From assembly GCA_040397175.1 (NCBI GenBank), contig JBBAWM010000002.1, positions 1 to 64,000 on the forward strand: a stretch of DNA of 64,000 nt. The letters run 5' to 3'. The position numbers were made by a program, and so were the translations under genes. The notes beneath the pieces are model-generated. The model did no database searches, was not told the DNA's origin, and saw only the letters and a list, made by a program, of their open reading frames with translations. Below are positions 9,239 to 17,757 of the stretch, in pieces. Within the stretch, counting starts at the first letter, position 1. Every line of letters begins with the position of its first letter. This DNA is from Candidatus Limnocylindrus sp. Its GTDB lineage: Bacteria > Chloroflexota > Limnocylindria > Limnocylindrales > Limnocylindraceae.

Positions 9239-9861
9239 TGGAGCCACAGCGACGCGTCGGGGCACCAGGCGCCCAGGTGATCGTGATCTCTGGGCCGAGC
9301 GGCGTGGGCAAAGACACGATCATCAACGAGCTGCGCCGCCGTCCAGTGGGCCAGACCTTCCACTACGTCGTCACCTGCACCACACGGCCACCCCGCACGG
9401 GCGAAATGGACGGCGTCCACTACCACTTCCAGAGCCGCGAATCGTTTGATGCCCTGAATGCCGCAGGCGAACTCCTTGAGGCGGCCACGGTTCACGAACG
9501 ATCGTACGGAACCCCACGCGACGAGGTGCGCGGTGCGCTCTCCCGTGGGCAAGATGCGCTCTGCAAGATCGATGTGCAGGGTGCTCGGAGCCTGCGAAAG
9601 GTCATCCCTGAGGCGCTCCTCATCTTCGTTGCGCCACCATCCCCAGAGGCCCTCGCTGAGCGGCTCGCGGGCCGGGGCACGGAGACGGCCGACGAACTGG
9701 TGACGCGCGCGCGGAACGCGATTACGGAGATGGAACGCGCGCAGGAGTATGACTATTTGGTGTTGAACGAGACTGGCTATCCCGAGGAAGCCGCGGCTCA
9801 AGTCGAGAAGATCGTCCTCGCTGAGCGTGCGAAGCACCCGGAGCGTCGGATTTCGGTGTGA
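9235..9861 (+). CDS. gmk: guanylate kinase
   Basis: SGPSGVGKDT, TTRPPRTGEMDGVHYHF, YGTP, IDVQGA. Confidence 0.96.
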   Translation: MMEPQRRVGAPGAQVIVISGPSGVGKDTIINELRRRPVGQTFHYVVTCTTRPPRTGEMDGVHYHFQSRESFDALNAAGELLEAATVHERSYGTPRDEVRGALSRGQDALCKIDVQGARSLRKVIPEALLIFVAPPSPEALAERLAGRGTETADELVTRARNAITEMERAQEYDYLVLNETGYPEEAAAQVEKIVLAERAKHPERRISV

Positions 9862-12287
9862 CGGGGGGCGCTGAGCCTCATGCGTTGACGTCGCCAACCG
9901 TCCTCCGCGTCGCCGTCGATGTGCCGGGGGCTCCTGGGGAGCGAGTGTATGACTACCTTGCCGGCGACGTAACCCCCTTCAGCATCGGCGATGGCGTGAT
10001 CGTCCCCTTTGGGGGGCGGCGTGCGGTCGGCATCGTGGTTGCGCTGAATCCAACTGATCTACCACCATCTGGAATCACGCTGAAACCGATCGAGGGGCGA
10101 CTGGGCAGTGCGCCGCTCGTCACCCCGCTCCTCATGTCGCTTGCAGAGTTCATTGCAACGCGTTGGGCCGCCCCGATCGCCACCACGGTGCGATCGCTCC
10201 TCCCTGCTGGAATGCTCGATGCCGTCGTGCTGGAGGCGCGTCGGGTGGGTCAAGCGAGCGACGCCTCTGCACGCATTGGACTCGGCGAAGAATGGGTCGC
10301 CGTGGAGCGACTGACGGGAGCGCGCGGCACGACGCGCGCAGCAACGCTCAAGAGCCTACGCCAGCTCGAGCTACTGGGTGAGGCGGAGCGTCGCTGGTCA
10401 CTGGTGCGTCGCGGTGCGCAGAGCCTTGACACAACCTTTGCTGCGCTGATGACCGATGCGGCTCCTGCGATCCTTGCAGCGATGCGACTCGGTAGCCGAC
10501 AGGTTGCCGCAGTGGCGCAGCTCACCGCTGCGGCGCGCGCCGCAGATCCTTGGATCGTGGCAAGTTCGCTCCCTGGAGGCCTTCCAACGGCACGCCGGCT
10601 TGCAGATGCTGGCGCTGTTCAGCTTGAGGTTCGGCGTTTCCAGCGTCGCCATGCCGAACGACGAAGCGCGCGCGTTGATATCGCGGGTTCCGTTGTCACC
10701 CTGAACAGCGTGCAGCGCGAGATTGTCGATGCTGTCTGTGCACCCGGTGCGGCGGGGAAGACTCTGCTCGTCGATGGTCCACCCGGCTCCGGCAAGAGCC
10801 GTGCCGCCGCCGATGCGGCGGTGCGGATGATCGCCAGTGGCCGTTCGGTCCTCTGGCTCGTGCCCGAGGCGGCACAGGTGGCGATCGCTGCCGATATGCT
10901 CGCCACCGTCGGTGGCGTGCCTGAGCCAATCCACTCTGGACTAAGTGCTGGAGAACGACTCGATGCACACGACCGTCTGCTTGAGCCTGGGCCGCATCTG
11001 GTCATAGGCACGCGCGTTGCGCTCGGTGCCTTGCGCGAAGAGGTTGGCCTCGTCGTGGTGGACGAAGAGCATGAGGGCGCATACAAGTCTGATCGCACAC
11101 CGCGGCTGCATGCACGCGACGCCGCGCGAGAGCTGGCACGACGTGCTGGCGCCGCAACGCTGCTGCTGAGCGCCACCCCGGCAATCGAATCGCTTGCGCG
11201 CGCCGAGATTGAGGGTTGGCGCCGCTTCACGTTGCCGCGACGAACTCCAGCCCCCCTCGTTGAGGTGATTGATTTGCGGCAAGAACTCGCCGATGGCTGG
11301 CGCGGCATGATGAGCCGCTCACTCCTCGAGCGCCTCTCGGGGCTCGATTGGAGTGGGGGAGCGCAGGCGCTCCTGATCATCAATCGTCGCGGTTTAGCCT
11401 CGGCCCTGCTCTGCCGGGACTGCGGTGCTGCGCAATCGTGCCCTTCGTGCGAACGACCCCTGGTACTCCATAGCGCCGGATCGCTGTTGCGCTGTCACGG
11501 CTGCGGCATCGCCGCGGAGCCACTTACTCGCTGCCCGTCGTGTGGCGGGGCACGCATTCGCGCGCTCGGCGGCGGCACCGAACGTCTCGAGGCTGAGGTG
11601 CGCGCGGCGCTTCCCGGCGTGATCGTTGATCGCCTCGATGCGGACGCGGCATCAGCGATCGGTTCTGGCGACCGCATTCTCGATGCATTCCGCAGTGGTC
11701 GAACGCAGATCCTTGTTGGCACCGCCCTGGCAGCGAAGGCGCTCGATCTGCCATCGCTGGCGCTTGTCGGCATCGTTTCGGCAGACACGGGTCTCCTCCT
11801 TCCTGACGAACGGGCGGCGGAGCGTGCGGTGGCGCTGGTCGTTCAGGCGGTGGGGCGACTCGGGCGCGGCGCAGAGGCGGGCGTTGCAGTCATTCAAAGC
11901 TATCGCCCGCAAGACCCCGCGATCACTGCGGCCGTGGAGATTGCCCGCGGGGGGAGTGTCGAGGCGTGGCGTGCCCGCGAGATCGGCTTGCGGAGGGCGG
12001 CCGGCGGCGCACCGCTCTTCCGCACCATCAAGGTCAGTGCGGCGGCGGCAACCGCGGCTGCAGCACGTCGCAACATCGAGGGGCTGGCAGCCACCCTCCG
12101 CACCGCAGCCACCGCAGGAGGCGACGAAGGGGCGCGCATTCTCGGACCGATCCCCGCATGGGTGCCGCGGCGGGCCGGGCGCTGGCGGGAGAATCTGATC
12201 TTGCGCGCTGCGAGCCTTGAGCCGTATCTGCCGCTGATCCGTGGACGCGATCTCACCGTCGATGTGGACCCAGAGACCCTCCTGTAA
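9858..12287 (+). CDS. priA: primosomal protein N' (replication restart helicase)
   Basis: GPPGSGKS, DEEHEGAYK, SATP, four CxxC Zn ligands, GTERLE, C-terminal VDVDP. Confidence 0.93.
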   Translation: MTGGAEPHALTSPTVLRVAVDVPGAPGERVYDYLAGDVTPFSIGDGVIVPFGGRRAVGIVVALNPTDLPPSGITLKPIEGRLGSAPLVTPLLMSLAEFIATRWAAPIATTVRSLLPAGMLDAVVLEARRVGQASDASARIGLGEEWVAVERLTGARGTTRAATLKSLRQLELLGEAERRWSLVRRGAQSLDTTFAALMTDAAPAILAAMRLGSRQVAAVAQLTAAARAADPWIVASSLPGGLPTARRLADAGAVQLEVRRFQRRHAERRSARVDIAGSVVTLNSVQREIVDAVCAPGAAGKTLLVDGPPGSGKSRAAADAAVRMIASGRSVLWLVPEAAQVAIAADMLATVGGVPEPIHSGLSAGERLDAHDRLLEPGPHLVIGTRVALGALREEVGLVVVDEEHEGAYKSDRTPRLHARDAARELARRAGAATLLLSATPAIESLARAEIEGWRRFTLPRRTPAPLVEVIDLRQELADGWRGMMSRSLLERLSGLDWSGGAQALLIINRRGLASALLCRDCGAAQSCPSCERPLVLHSAGSLLRCHGCGIAAEPLTRCPSCGGARIRALGGGTERLEAEVRAALPGVIVDRLDADAASAIGSGDRILDAFRSGRTQILVGTALAAKALDLPSLALVGIVSADTGLLLPDERAAERAVALVVQAVGRLGRGAEAGVAVIQSYRPQDPAITAAVEIARGGSVEAWRAREIGLRRAAGGAPLFRTIKVSAAAATAAAARRNIEGLAATLRTAATAGGDEGARILGPIPAWVPRRAGRWRENLILRAASLEPYLPLIRGRDLTVDVDPETLL

Positions 12288-12291
12288 CGCT

Positions 12292-12300
12292 TGCTAGAAT
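12292..12300 (+). promoter_or_regulatory. extended -10 predicting a leaderless def mRNA
   Basis: TGcTAGAAT, 6 nt, then ATG 12307; no SD. Confidence 0.7.
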
Positions 12301-12306
12301 CTCGCC

Positions 12307-12858
12307 ATGAGTGTTCGTCCGATCCTGTTCCTTGGTGACCCGCGGCTGCGCCTACCTGGGGCGCCCGTAGAGCAGTTCGGGAAGTTGCTGCACTCCCTCC
12401 TTGATGATTTGGCGCACACCATGCGCGCCGCACCAGGGGTCGGGCTTGCCGCACCGCAGCTTGGTGAACCAATGAACGTTGCTGTTGTGGAGGCGAGGGG
12501 GAAGACCTATGAGTTGGTGAACCCTCGCATCGTGCGCGATACGGGGGACCAGACCGACCTCGAGGGCTGCCTCTCGATCCCCGGATATGTCGCGGAGATC
12601 ACGCGGAAAGAGCGCGTTTGGGTCGAAGCGCAAGATCGCACTGGCCGCCCGTACAAGTTCAGCGAACATGGGTTCTTGGCGCGCGCAGTGCAGCATGAGC
12701 TCGACCATCTCGCTGGAACCCTCTACATCGATTACCTGGACTCCATGGATCAGCTGATCGCCGTAGATGAAGATGATGATGAGGAGCCAGACGATTCACC
12801 TGAGGCCGCCGTCGTTGCGCGGCGCCGCAAGGCGTTGCGAGGGCATAGTCACAAGTAG
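12307..12858 (+). CDS. def: peptide deformylase
   Basis: GVGLAAPQLG, EGCLSIP, QHELDHL. Confidence 0.96.
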   Translation: MSVRPILFLGDPRLRLPGAPVEQFGKLLHSLLDDLAHTMRAAPGVGLAAPQLGEPMNVAVVEARGKTYELVNPRIVRDTGDQTDLEGCLSIPGYVAEITRKERVWVEAQDRTGRPYKFSEHGFLARAVQHELDHLAGTLYIDYLDSMDQLIAVDEDDDEEPDDSPEAAVVARRRKALRGHSHK

Positions 12859-13801
12859 TCGCCTGATCCTGTTTGGGAGTGGCGGATTCGCGGTCCCGTC
12901 GTTCCGTGCGGTCGCGTCGGATCCTCGCTTTGACATCGTCGCTGTCGTGACGGCGCCACCGCGTGCCGCGGGCCGAAGTCAGGCGCTCTCGCCGACCCCC
13001 GTGGATGCCTGGGCGAGCGGTGCCGGACTGCGGGTCGAGCGCGCCGCCACGGTGCGGGACCCAGCAGGAATTGAACGAATCAAGTCGTTGGGTGCCGAGG
13101 CGGCGCTCCTCGCCGATTTCGGACAGATCATCCCCAGCGCGCTGCTTGATCACTATTCGCGGGGCATCGTGAACCTGCACCCTTCCCTCCTTCCGCGACA
13201 TCGCGGCGCAAGTCCTATCCCCGCAACGATCCTCGCTGGCGATCGCGAGACCGGAGTCACCACGATCGTGATGGATCAAGGGGTGGACACGGGGCCAATC
13301 ATTTCGGTGCAGCACCTCCGTCCGCGCCCAGAGGTCACCGCTGCAGCGCTCGAGGCGGAGCTCGCCGAACTTGCCGCCGTTGGCGTTGCCGACACCCTGG
13401 CGACATGGCTGCAGGGGAGTGAGGTGGCATCGGCACAGGGAGCTGAGGGTGCGACGCAGACCAGACGCCTCGCGCGCGCCGATGGGCGTATTGGCGCTGG
13501 GATGAGCGCCGAGTTGGCGCTACGCATGTGGCGGGCGTATCAGCCATGGCCGGGCGTCTGGGTTGAGATCCCTGGCCTGGCAGATCGGCTCATCCTCTCC
13601 GCCCTCAGTTCAGTAGAGGAAGGCGCTCTGATCGCCCCAGGGGTGCTGGAGTTGCGCGACGGAGCGCTGCTCCTTGGCCTTGCGGGAGGGACTTTGCGCC
13701 TTGACCGCGTGACTCCAGCTGGTGGCAAGAGCATGTCGGGAGGGGAGTTTGCGCGAGGGCGTCAAGGGGAACTCGCCGCGCATGGGAGAATTGCAGAATG
13801 A
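12767..13801 (+). CDS. fmt: methionyl-tRNA formyltransferase (start uncertain; homology begins near 12857)
   Basis: RLILFGS, NLHPSLLPRHRGASPI, GVTTIVMDQGVDTG, RAYQPWPG; follows def. Confidence 0.9.
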   Translation: MKMMMRSQTIHLRPPSLRGAARRCEGIVTSSRLILFGSGGFAVPSFRAVASDPRFDIVAVVTAPPRAAGRSQALSPTPVDAWASGAGLRVERAATVRDPAGIERIKSLGAEAALLADFGQIIPSALLDHYSRGIVNLHPSLLPRHRGASPIPATILAGDRETGVTTIVMDQGVDTGPIISVQHLRPRPEVTAAALEAELAELAAVGVADTLATWLQGSEVASAQGAEGATQTRRLARADGRIGAGMSAELALRMWRAYQPWPGVWVEIPGLADRLILSALSSVEEGALIAPGVLELRDGALLLGLAGGTLRLDRVTPAGGKSMSGGEFARGRQGELAAHGRIAE

Positions 13802-15015
13802 AAGAGTCAGCGGCACCAGGGGGAGCGCAGCGGCCTCTCAGCCTCTCCGACCTCAACGTCAATCAACTCGCGGCACGGGTCAACGACCTCGGTGCTGAGT
13901 CGTATCGGGTGACGCAGATCCTCGATGGTGCGTGGCGGTCGGTTGCAACCTCATGGAGCGAGGTGACCACACTTGGTAAGCCGCTGCAAGAGCGCCTGGC
14001 GAACGAGATCCGCTTCAGCGCCTTTGATGAGGTCGAGCGACAAGAGGCCGAAGATGGCGCCACCACAAAGTTGCTGCTGACCCTCTCCGATGGCGCGAAG
14101 GTCGAGGCGGTACTGATGCGCTCTCCCGCAGATCCGCGCCGTGGTTCGGGGCCTCGCGCTACCGTCTGCGTCTCGAGTCAAGCGGGATGTGCGGTCGGCT
14201 GTCCATTCTGCGCAACGGGTGAACTCGGTTTCACCCGCAATCTCAGTGCGGGCGAAATCCAGGACCAGGTACGCATCGCCCGTCAAATTCTTCGCACTGA
14301 GGAGCGCGAGTTGACCAATGTTGTCTACATGGGTATGGGCGAACCGCTACAGAACATCGATGCCGTCTTTGCCTCCATTGACGGACTCACCGATCCAGCT
14401 CGAGGCAGGATTGGCCAGCGCCGCATTACCGTCTCCACTAGTGGCGTCGTGCCGGGAATTGAGCGACTCGCCAAGCAGCGGCCACAGATCACCCTCGCCG
14501 TCTCCCTGCATGCGGCACGTAACCCGCTCCGTGACCTCCTCGTGCCGCTCAATCGAAAGTGGCCCGTTGAGGCGGTCATCGCTGCAGCAGACGGGCACTC
14601 CCGTGCGACGGGACGCCGTACCACGTACGAAGTCACGATGATTGACGGTATCAACGACCGAGCCGAGGATTCAGCAGCGCTCGCGGCACTCCTGCGCGGG
14701 AGCGGTGCACACGTCAACCTAATCCCTATGAATGCTGTGGCCCACACCCCATGGAAGGAGTCGGCACCAGAACGCATTGAACAGATCGCGAACCAGCTCC
14801 GCGCCACGGGCCTTACCGTGACCGTGCGACGTAATCGCGGACGTGAGGCGGGCGCCGCATGCGGCCAACTCGCCGCCGAGAAAGCGGGGGCTCCAACGCC
14901 GATCGCCGTTGCTCGCAGACGTGAGCTGCTGGTAGCGGCGAGCGCGGCCGCCCTCCAAGGGCAACGAACGGCGCAACCGATCGCACCGTCTGGGCCGCTC
15001 GGCGGTGATGCATGA
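13798..15015 (+). CDS. rlmN: dual-specificity RNA methyltransferase RlmN (radical SAM)
   Basis: CVSSQAGCAVGCPFC, MGMGEP, SLHA, AACGQL. Confidence 0.93.
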   Translation: MKESAAPGGAQRPLSLSDLNVNQLAARVNDLGAESYRVTQILDGAWRSVATSWSEVTTLGKPLQERLANEIRFSAFDEVERQEAEDGATTKLLLTLSDGAKVEAVLMRSPADPRRGSGPRATVCVSSQAGCAVGCPFCATGELGFTRNLSAGEIQDQVRIARQILRTEERELTNVVYMGMGEPLQNIDAVFASIDGLTDPARGRIGQRRITVSTSGVVPGIERLAKQRPQITLAVSLHAARNPLRDLLVPLNRKWPVEAVIAAADGHSRATGRRTTYEVTMIDGINDRAEDSAALAALLRGSGAHVNLIPMNAVAHTPWKESAPERIEQIANQLRATGLTVTVRRNRGREAGAACGQLAAEKAGAPTPIAVARRRELLVAASAAALQGQRTAQPIAPSGPLGGDA

Positions 15016-15692
15016 GCGGGGCGCGCATGGAAATTGCCGCGAGCATCTTGAATGCCGATCTCGGTGCGCTCCGCGAGGCGGTGCAGGCGGCGGAGGCTGC
15101 CGGTGTCGACCGTATTCACCTCGACATCATGGACGGACACTTCGTGCCAAATCTGACCTTTGGCCTAGCAACCGTTGAGGCGCTGCGTTCCGCAACGAAG
15201 CTGCCGTTTGATGCGCACCTCATGATCGCCTCGCCAGGGCTCTGGGCGAGGCGCTACGTGGATGCCGGGTGTGAATCGGTGGCAATCCACGTCGAGGCGC
15301 CAGACCAGCACCGGGCGACCCTTGATGCGATTCGTGACAGTGGCGGTCGAGCCGGGTTGGCGCTCGACCCCGAAACGCCGATCGAGTCGCTCGCTTCATT
15401 CCGCGATCAGTTGGACTTCGCGCTCGTCATGACCGTGAAGTCGGGATTCGGCGGGCAGTCGTATCGACCCGAGTCCGCGGCGCGAATGGCGGCGATTCGC
15501 ACGCTCGTTGGTGAGCGAGATGGCCACGCCCTGCCACTGCATGTGGACGGCGGCATTAATGTGACAACAGCGGGAGAGGCGACAAGAGCGGGGGCAGACT
15601 TATTGGTGGTCGGAAGCGCCCTCTTCTCAGCGCAGGGCGCAAGTGCGATGCGCGGGGTGGTTACAGCAATCCGGGAGTCGGCGACCCGTTAG
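15012..15692 (+). CDS. rpe: ribulose-phosphate 3-epimerase
   Basis: HLDIMDGHFVPNLTFG, DAHLM, MTVKSGFGGQ, VDGGIN, VGSA. Confidence 0.96.
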   Translation: MSGARMEIAASILNADLGALREAVQAAEAAGVDRIHLDIMDGHFVPNLTFGLATVEALRSATKLPFDAHLMIASPGLWARRYVDAGCESVAIHVEAPDQHRATLDAIRDSGGRAGLALDPETPIESLASFRDQLDFALVMTVKSGFGGQSYRPESAARMAAIRTLVGERDGHALPLHVDGGINVTTAGEATRAGADLLVVGSALFSAQGASAMRGVVTAIRESATR

Positions 15693-15704
15693 GGTCGCGG
15701 TGGC

Positions 15705-15899
15705 TTAAGCGCCCTTGCTCGCCGTTCGGCGGCAGCGGGTGCAGACCAGGACGCGCTTCGTCGTCGTGCCGACGGCGATCACGGTTGGCTGCAGGTTGGC
15801 GCGGAAGCGGCGATGCGCTCGGACGCGGTTCATTCCGACCGACTGGGGGTTGAAACCCGCGATCGAATCCTTGCCGCAGAGGGTGCAGAAGCGAGCCAT
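15705..15899 (-). CDS. rpmB: 50S ribosomal protein L28 (Zn ribbon)
   Basis: MARFCTLCGK...RRFRANLQ...VCTRCRR; SD AAGGAG; true start at 15899, inside the longer 203-aa track ORF. Confidence 0.92.
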   Translation of the reverse strand: MARFCTLCGKDSIAGFNPQSVGMNRVRAHRRFRANLQPTVIAVGTTTKRVLVCTRCRRTASKGA

Positions 15900-15955
15900 G
15901 TCTACTCTCCTTACGTGGTGGGGGTCCCAGTGGGACACGCCCGTCGTTCGTGCCG

Positions 15956-15965
15956 TATCGTAGCA
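15956..15965. promoter_or_regulatory. overlapping bidirectional -10 elements (rpmB / fakA operon)
   Basis: TATCGTA reads TATCGT on + (15956-61) and TACGAT with extended TG on - (15962-57). Confidence 0.55.
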
Positions 15966-16012
15966 GGTGCGTCCGAAGCCTTGCCCAGGCTCGGCAAAGG
16001 GAGGAAGCCCGC

Positions 16013-16063
16013 ATGAGTGGTACTGAGCAGATCCGCGTGGCCGCAGGGGTCCCCCTGCGATGA
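16013..16063 (+). CDS. 16-aa micro-ORF (MSGTEQIRVAAGVPLR) coupled to fakA
   Basis: GGAGG SD at 16000-16004, 8 nt before ATG; stop overlaps the fakA start as ATGA (16060-16063). Confidence 0.55.
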   Translation: MSGTEQIRVAAGVPLR

Positions 16064-17757
16064 GCCGTATGAGCTGGGACGGCGTTGAGCTGATGGCCGC
16101 CCTCCGGTCGGGGCTTGACCGCCTGGAGAGCAGGGTCGAAGAGGTTAACGCGCTCAACGTCTTCCCCGTCCCCGATGGCGACACAGGGACCAACATGCTG
16201 GCAACGCTGAAGGCTGCGATTGCCGAAGGCGACGCTTCGCTGGCCACCGGAGTGACCGCAATTGACGAGGTAAGCGCAGCGGTGGCCCGGGGAGCCCTCC
16301 TCGGAGCGCGTGGCAACTCTGGTGTTCTCCTCTCACAGATTCTCCGTGGCCTACCCCAGGCGGTCCGTGGCCGCCAACGTGCTCGGGCATCGGAGATTGC
16401 ACAGTCCCTCTCGCTCGGTGTGCTGCACGCCTACTCCGCGGTTGCAACACCAACCGAGGGGACAATCCTCACGGTCGCACGAGAAGTTGCAGCTGCGGCA
16501 ATGAAGGAGTCGGTGGGGGCATCAGAGCTGCGCCCGTTCCTTGAAAACATCGCCGCGACGGCGCGCATCTCCGTAGAGAAGACGCCGACCCTGTTGGCGG
16601 TCCTTCGCGAAGCCGGCGTCGTTGACTCTGGTGGCGCAGGGCTGCAACTCATTCTTGAAGGGATCGCCAATGTCCCATCGGTAGCACCGTCACGCGGCAC
16701 GGTCGAAGCGGAGCGCCGCAGTGCCTCCAGCGCATCTCCGAAGCCTGCCGTTGCGGCGCCAATCGCGCCAGTCGATGCGGCCCCCACAGAGTTCGGCTAC
16801 GAGACTGTGTTCATCCTGAGCTCGCCATCGACACCGCTGGACCTTGCCGCAATTCGCGCGCATCTGGAGACGATCGGGGAGAGCGTGCTGGTTGCGGGCG
16901 ACGAAGTGACCTGCAAGGTGCACGTGCACAACCTGCGACCCGATGAGGTCTTGGCGTACGGGATCAGCCTCGGCGATGTTCGTGCCGTCACGATTGAGAA
17001 CCTCGACCAGCAGAGCGCCGAACGGGCGACTGGGCATGCCGCATTCAACCAGTTGGCCGATGGCCCACTTACCGCCTCCGCACTCCCTGCATCTGCCTCA
17101 CTTGGTCGCGGAACGTCGATCGTTGCCGTTGCCGCTGGCGCCGGCCTCGGCGATATCTTGCGCTCGGCCGGTGCGTCACAGATCGTGCATGGCGGCCAGA
17201 CAGAGAACCCCTCGGCGGCAGAGATTGCGTCGGCGATCGCCCATGCAGGCACCGAGTTCGTTGTCGTCCTCCCGAACAACAGCAATATCGTTTTGGCGGC
17301 ACGCCAAGCGGCCGACCTCTCTGCGGCAAACGTTGTGGTTATTCCGACGAGGAATGCCGCCGAAGGGATTGCCGCTCTCCTCTCGTGGGACCCATCACTG
17401 TCGCTGGAGGAGCTCGTCCCGCGCATGGAGTCGGCCCGCGCCGCCGCGCGCACGTTCCGCGTCGTTGAGGCGGTGCGCGACGCCGTTGTCCGTGGTGTAT
17501 CGGTGAAGGCTGGGCAGATCATGGCGCTCGACCCAGTCGATGGAATCATCGCAACCGGGAGTAGCGACGTGGAGTCCATTGTTGCAGCCCTGTCGGGACA
17601 GTCCGCGGAGCTCATCACGCTCTACGTTGGCGCCGATGTCACCGACGAGCAGGCGTCAGAGTTTGTGGTCGCGGCGCGTGGCGCTATCGCTGGGGCCGAG
17701 GTTGACCTGCAACGTGGCGGCCAACCGATCGAACGGGTGCTCGTGAGTTTGGAGTGA
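16060..17757 (+). CDS. fakA: DAK2-domain fatty acid kinase subunit A (FakA/YloV family)
   Basis: NALNVFPVPDGDTGTNM, GARGNSG, EGTILTV, VVDSGG, KVHVH, GGQTENPS, LPNNSNI, GGQP. Confidence 0.9.
   Translation: MSRMSWDGVELMAALRSGLDRLESRVEEVNALNVFPVPDGDTGTNMLATLKAAIAEGDASLATGVTAIDEVSAAVARGALLGARGNSGVLLSQILRGLPQAVRGRQRARASEIAQSLSLGVLHAYSAVATPTEGTILTVAREVAAAAMKESVGASELRPFLENIAATARISVEKTPTLLAVLREAGVVDSGGAGLQLILEGIANVPSVAPSRGTVEAERRSASSASPKPAVAAPIAPVDAAPTEFGYETVFILSSPSTPLDLAAIRAHLETIGESVLVAGDEVTCKVHVHNLRPDEVLAYGISLGDVRAVTIENLDQQSAERATGHAAFNQLADGPLTASALPASASLGRGTSIVAVAAGAGLGDILRSAGASQIVHGGQTENPSAAEIASAIAHAGTEFVVVLPNNSNIVLAARQAADLSAANVVVIPTRNAAEGIAALLSWDPSLSLEELVPRMESARAAARTFRVVEAVRDAVVRGVSVKAGQIMALDPVDGIIATGSSDVESIVAALSGQSAELITLYVGADVTDEQASEFVVAARGAIAGAEVDLQRGGQPIERVLVSLE

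Noticed and set aside
15900-16316. 203-aa ORF suggesting an extended L28
   Set aside because: The SD and homology place the start at 15899; the extension is antisense to fakA and the promoter
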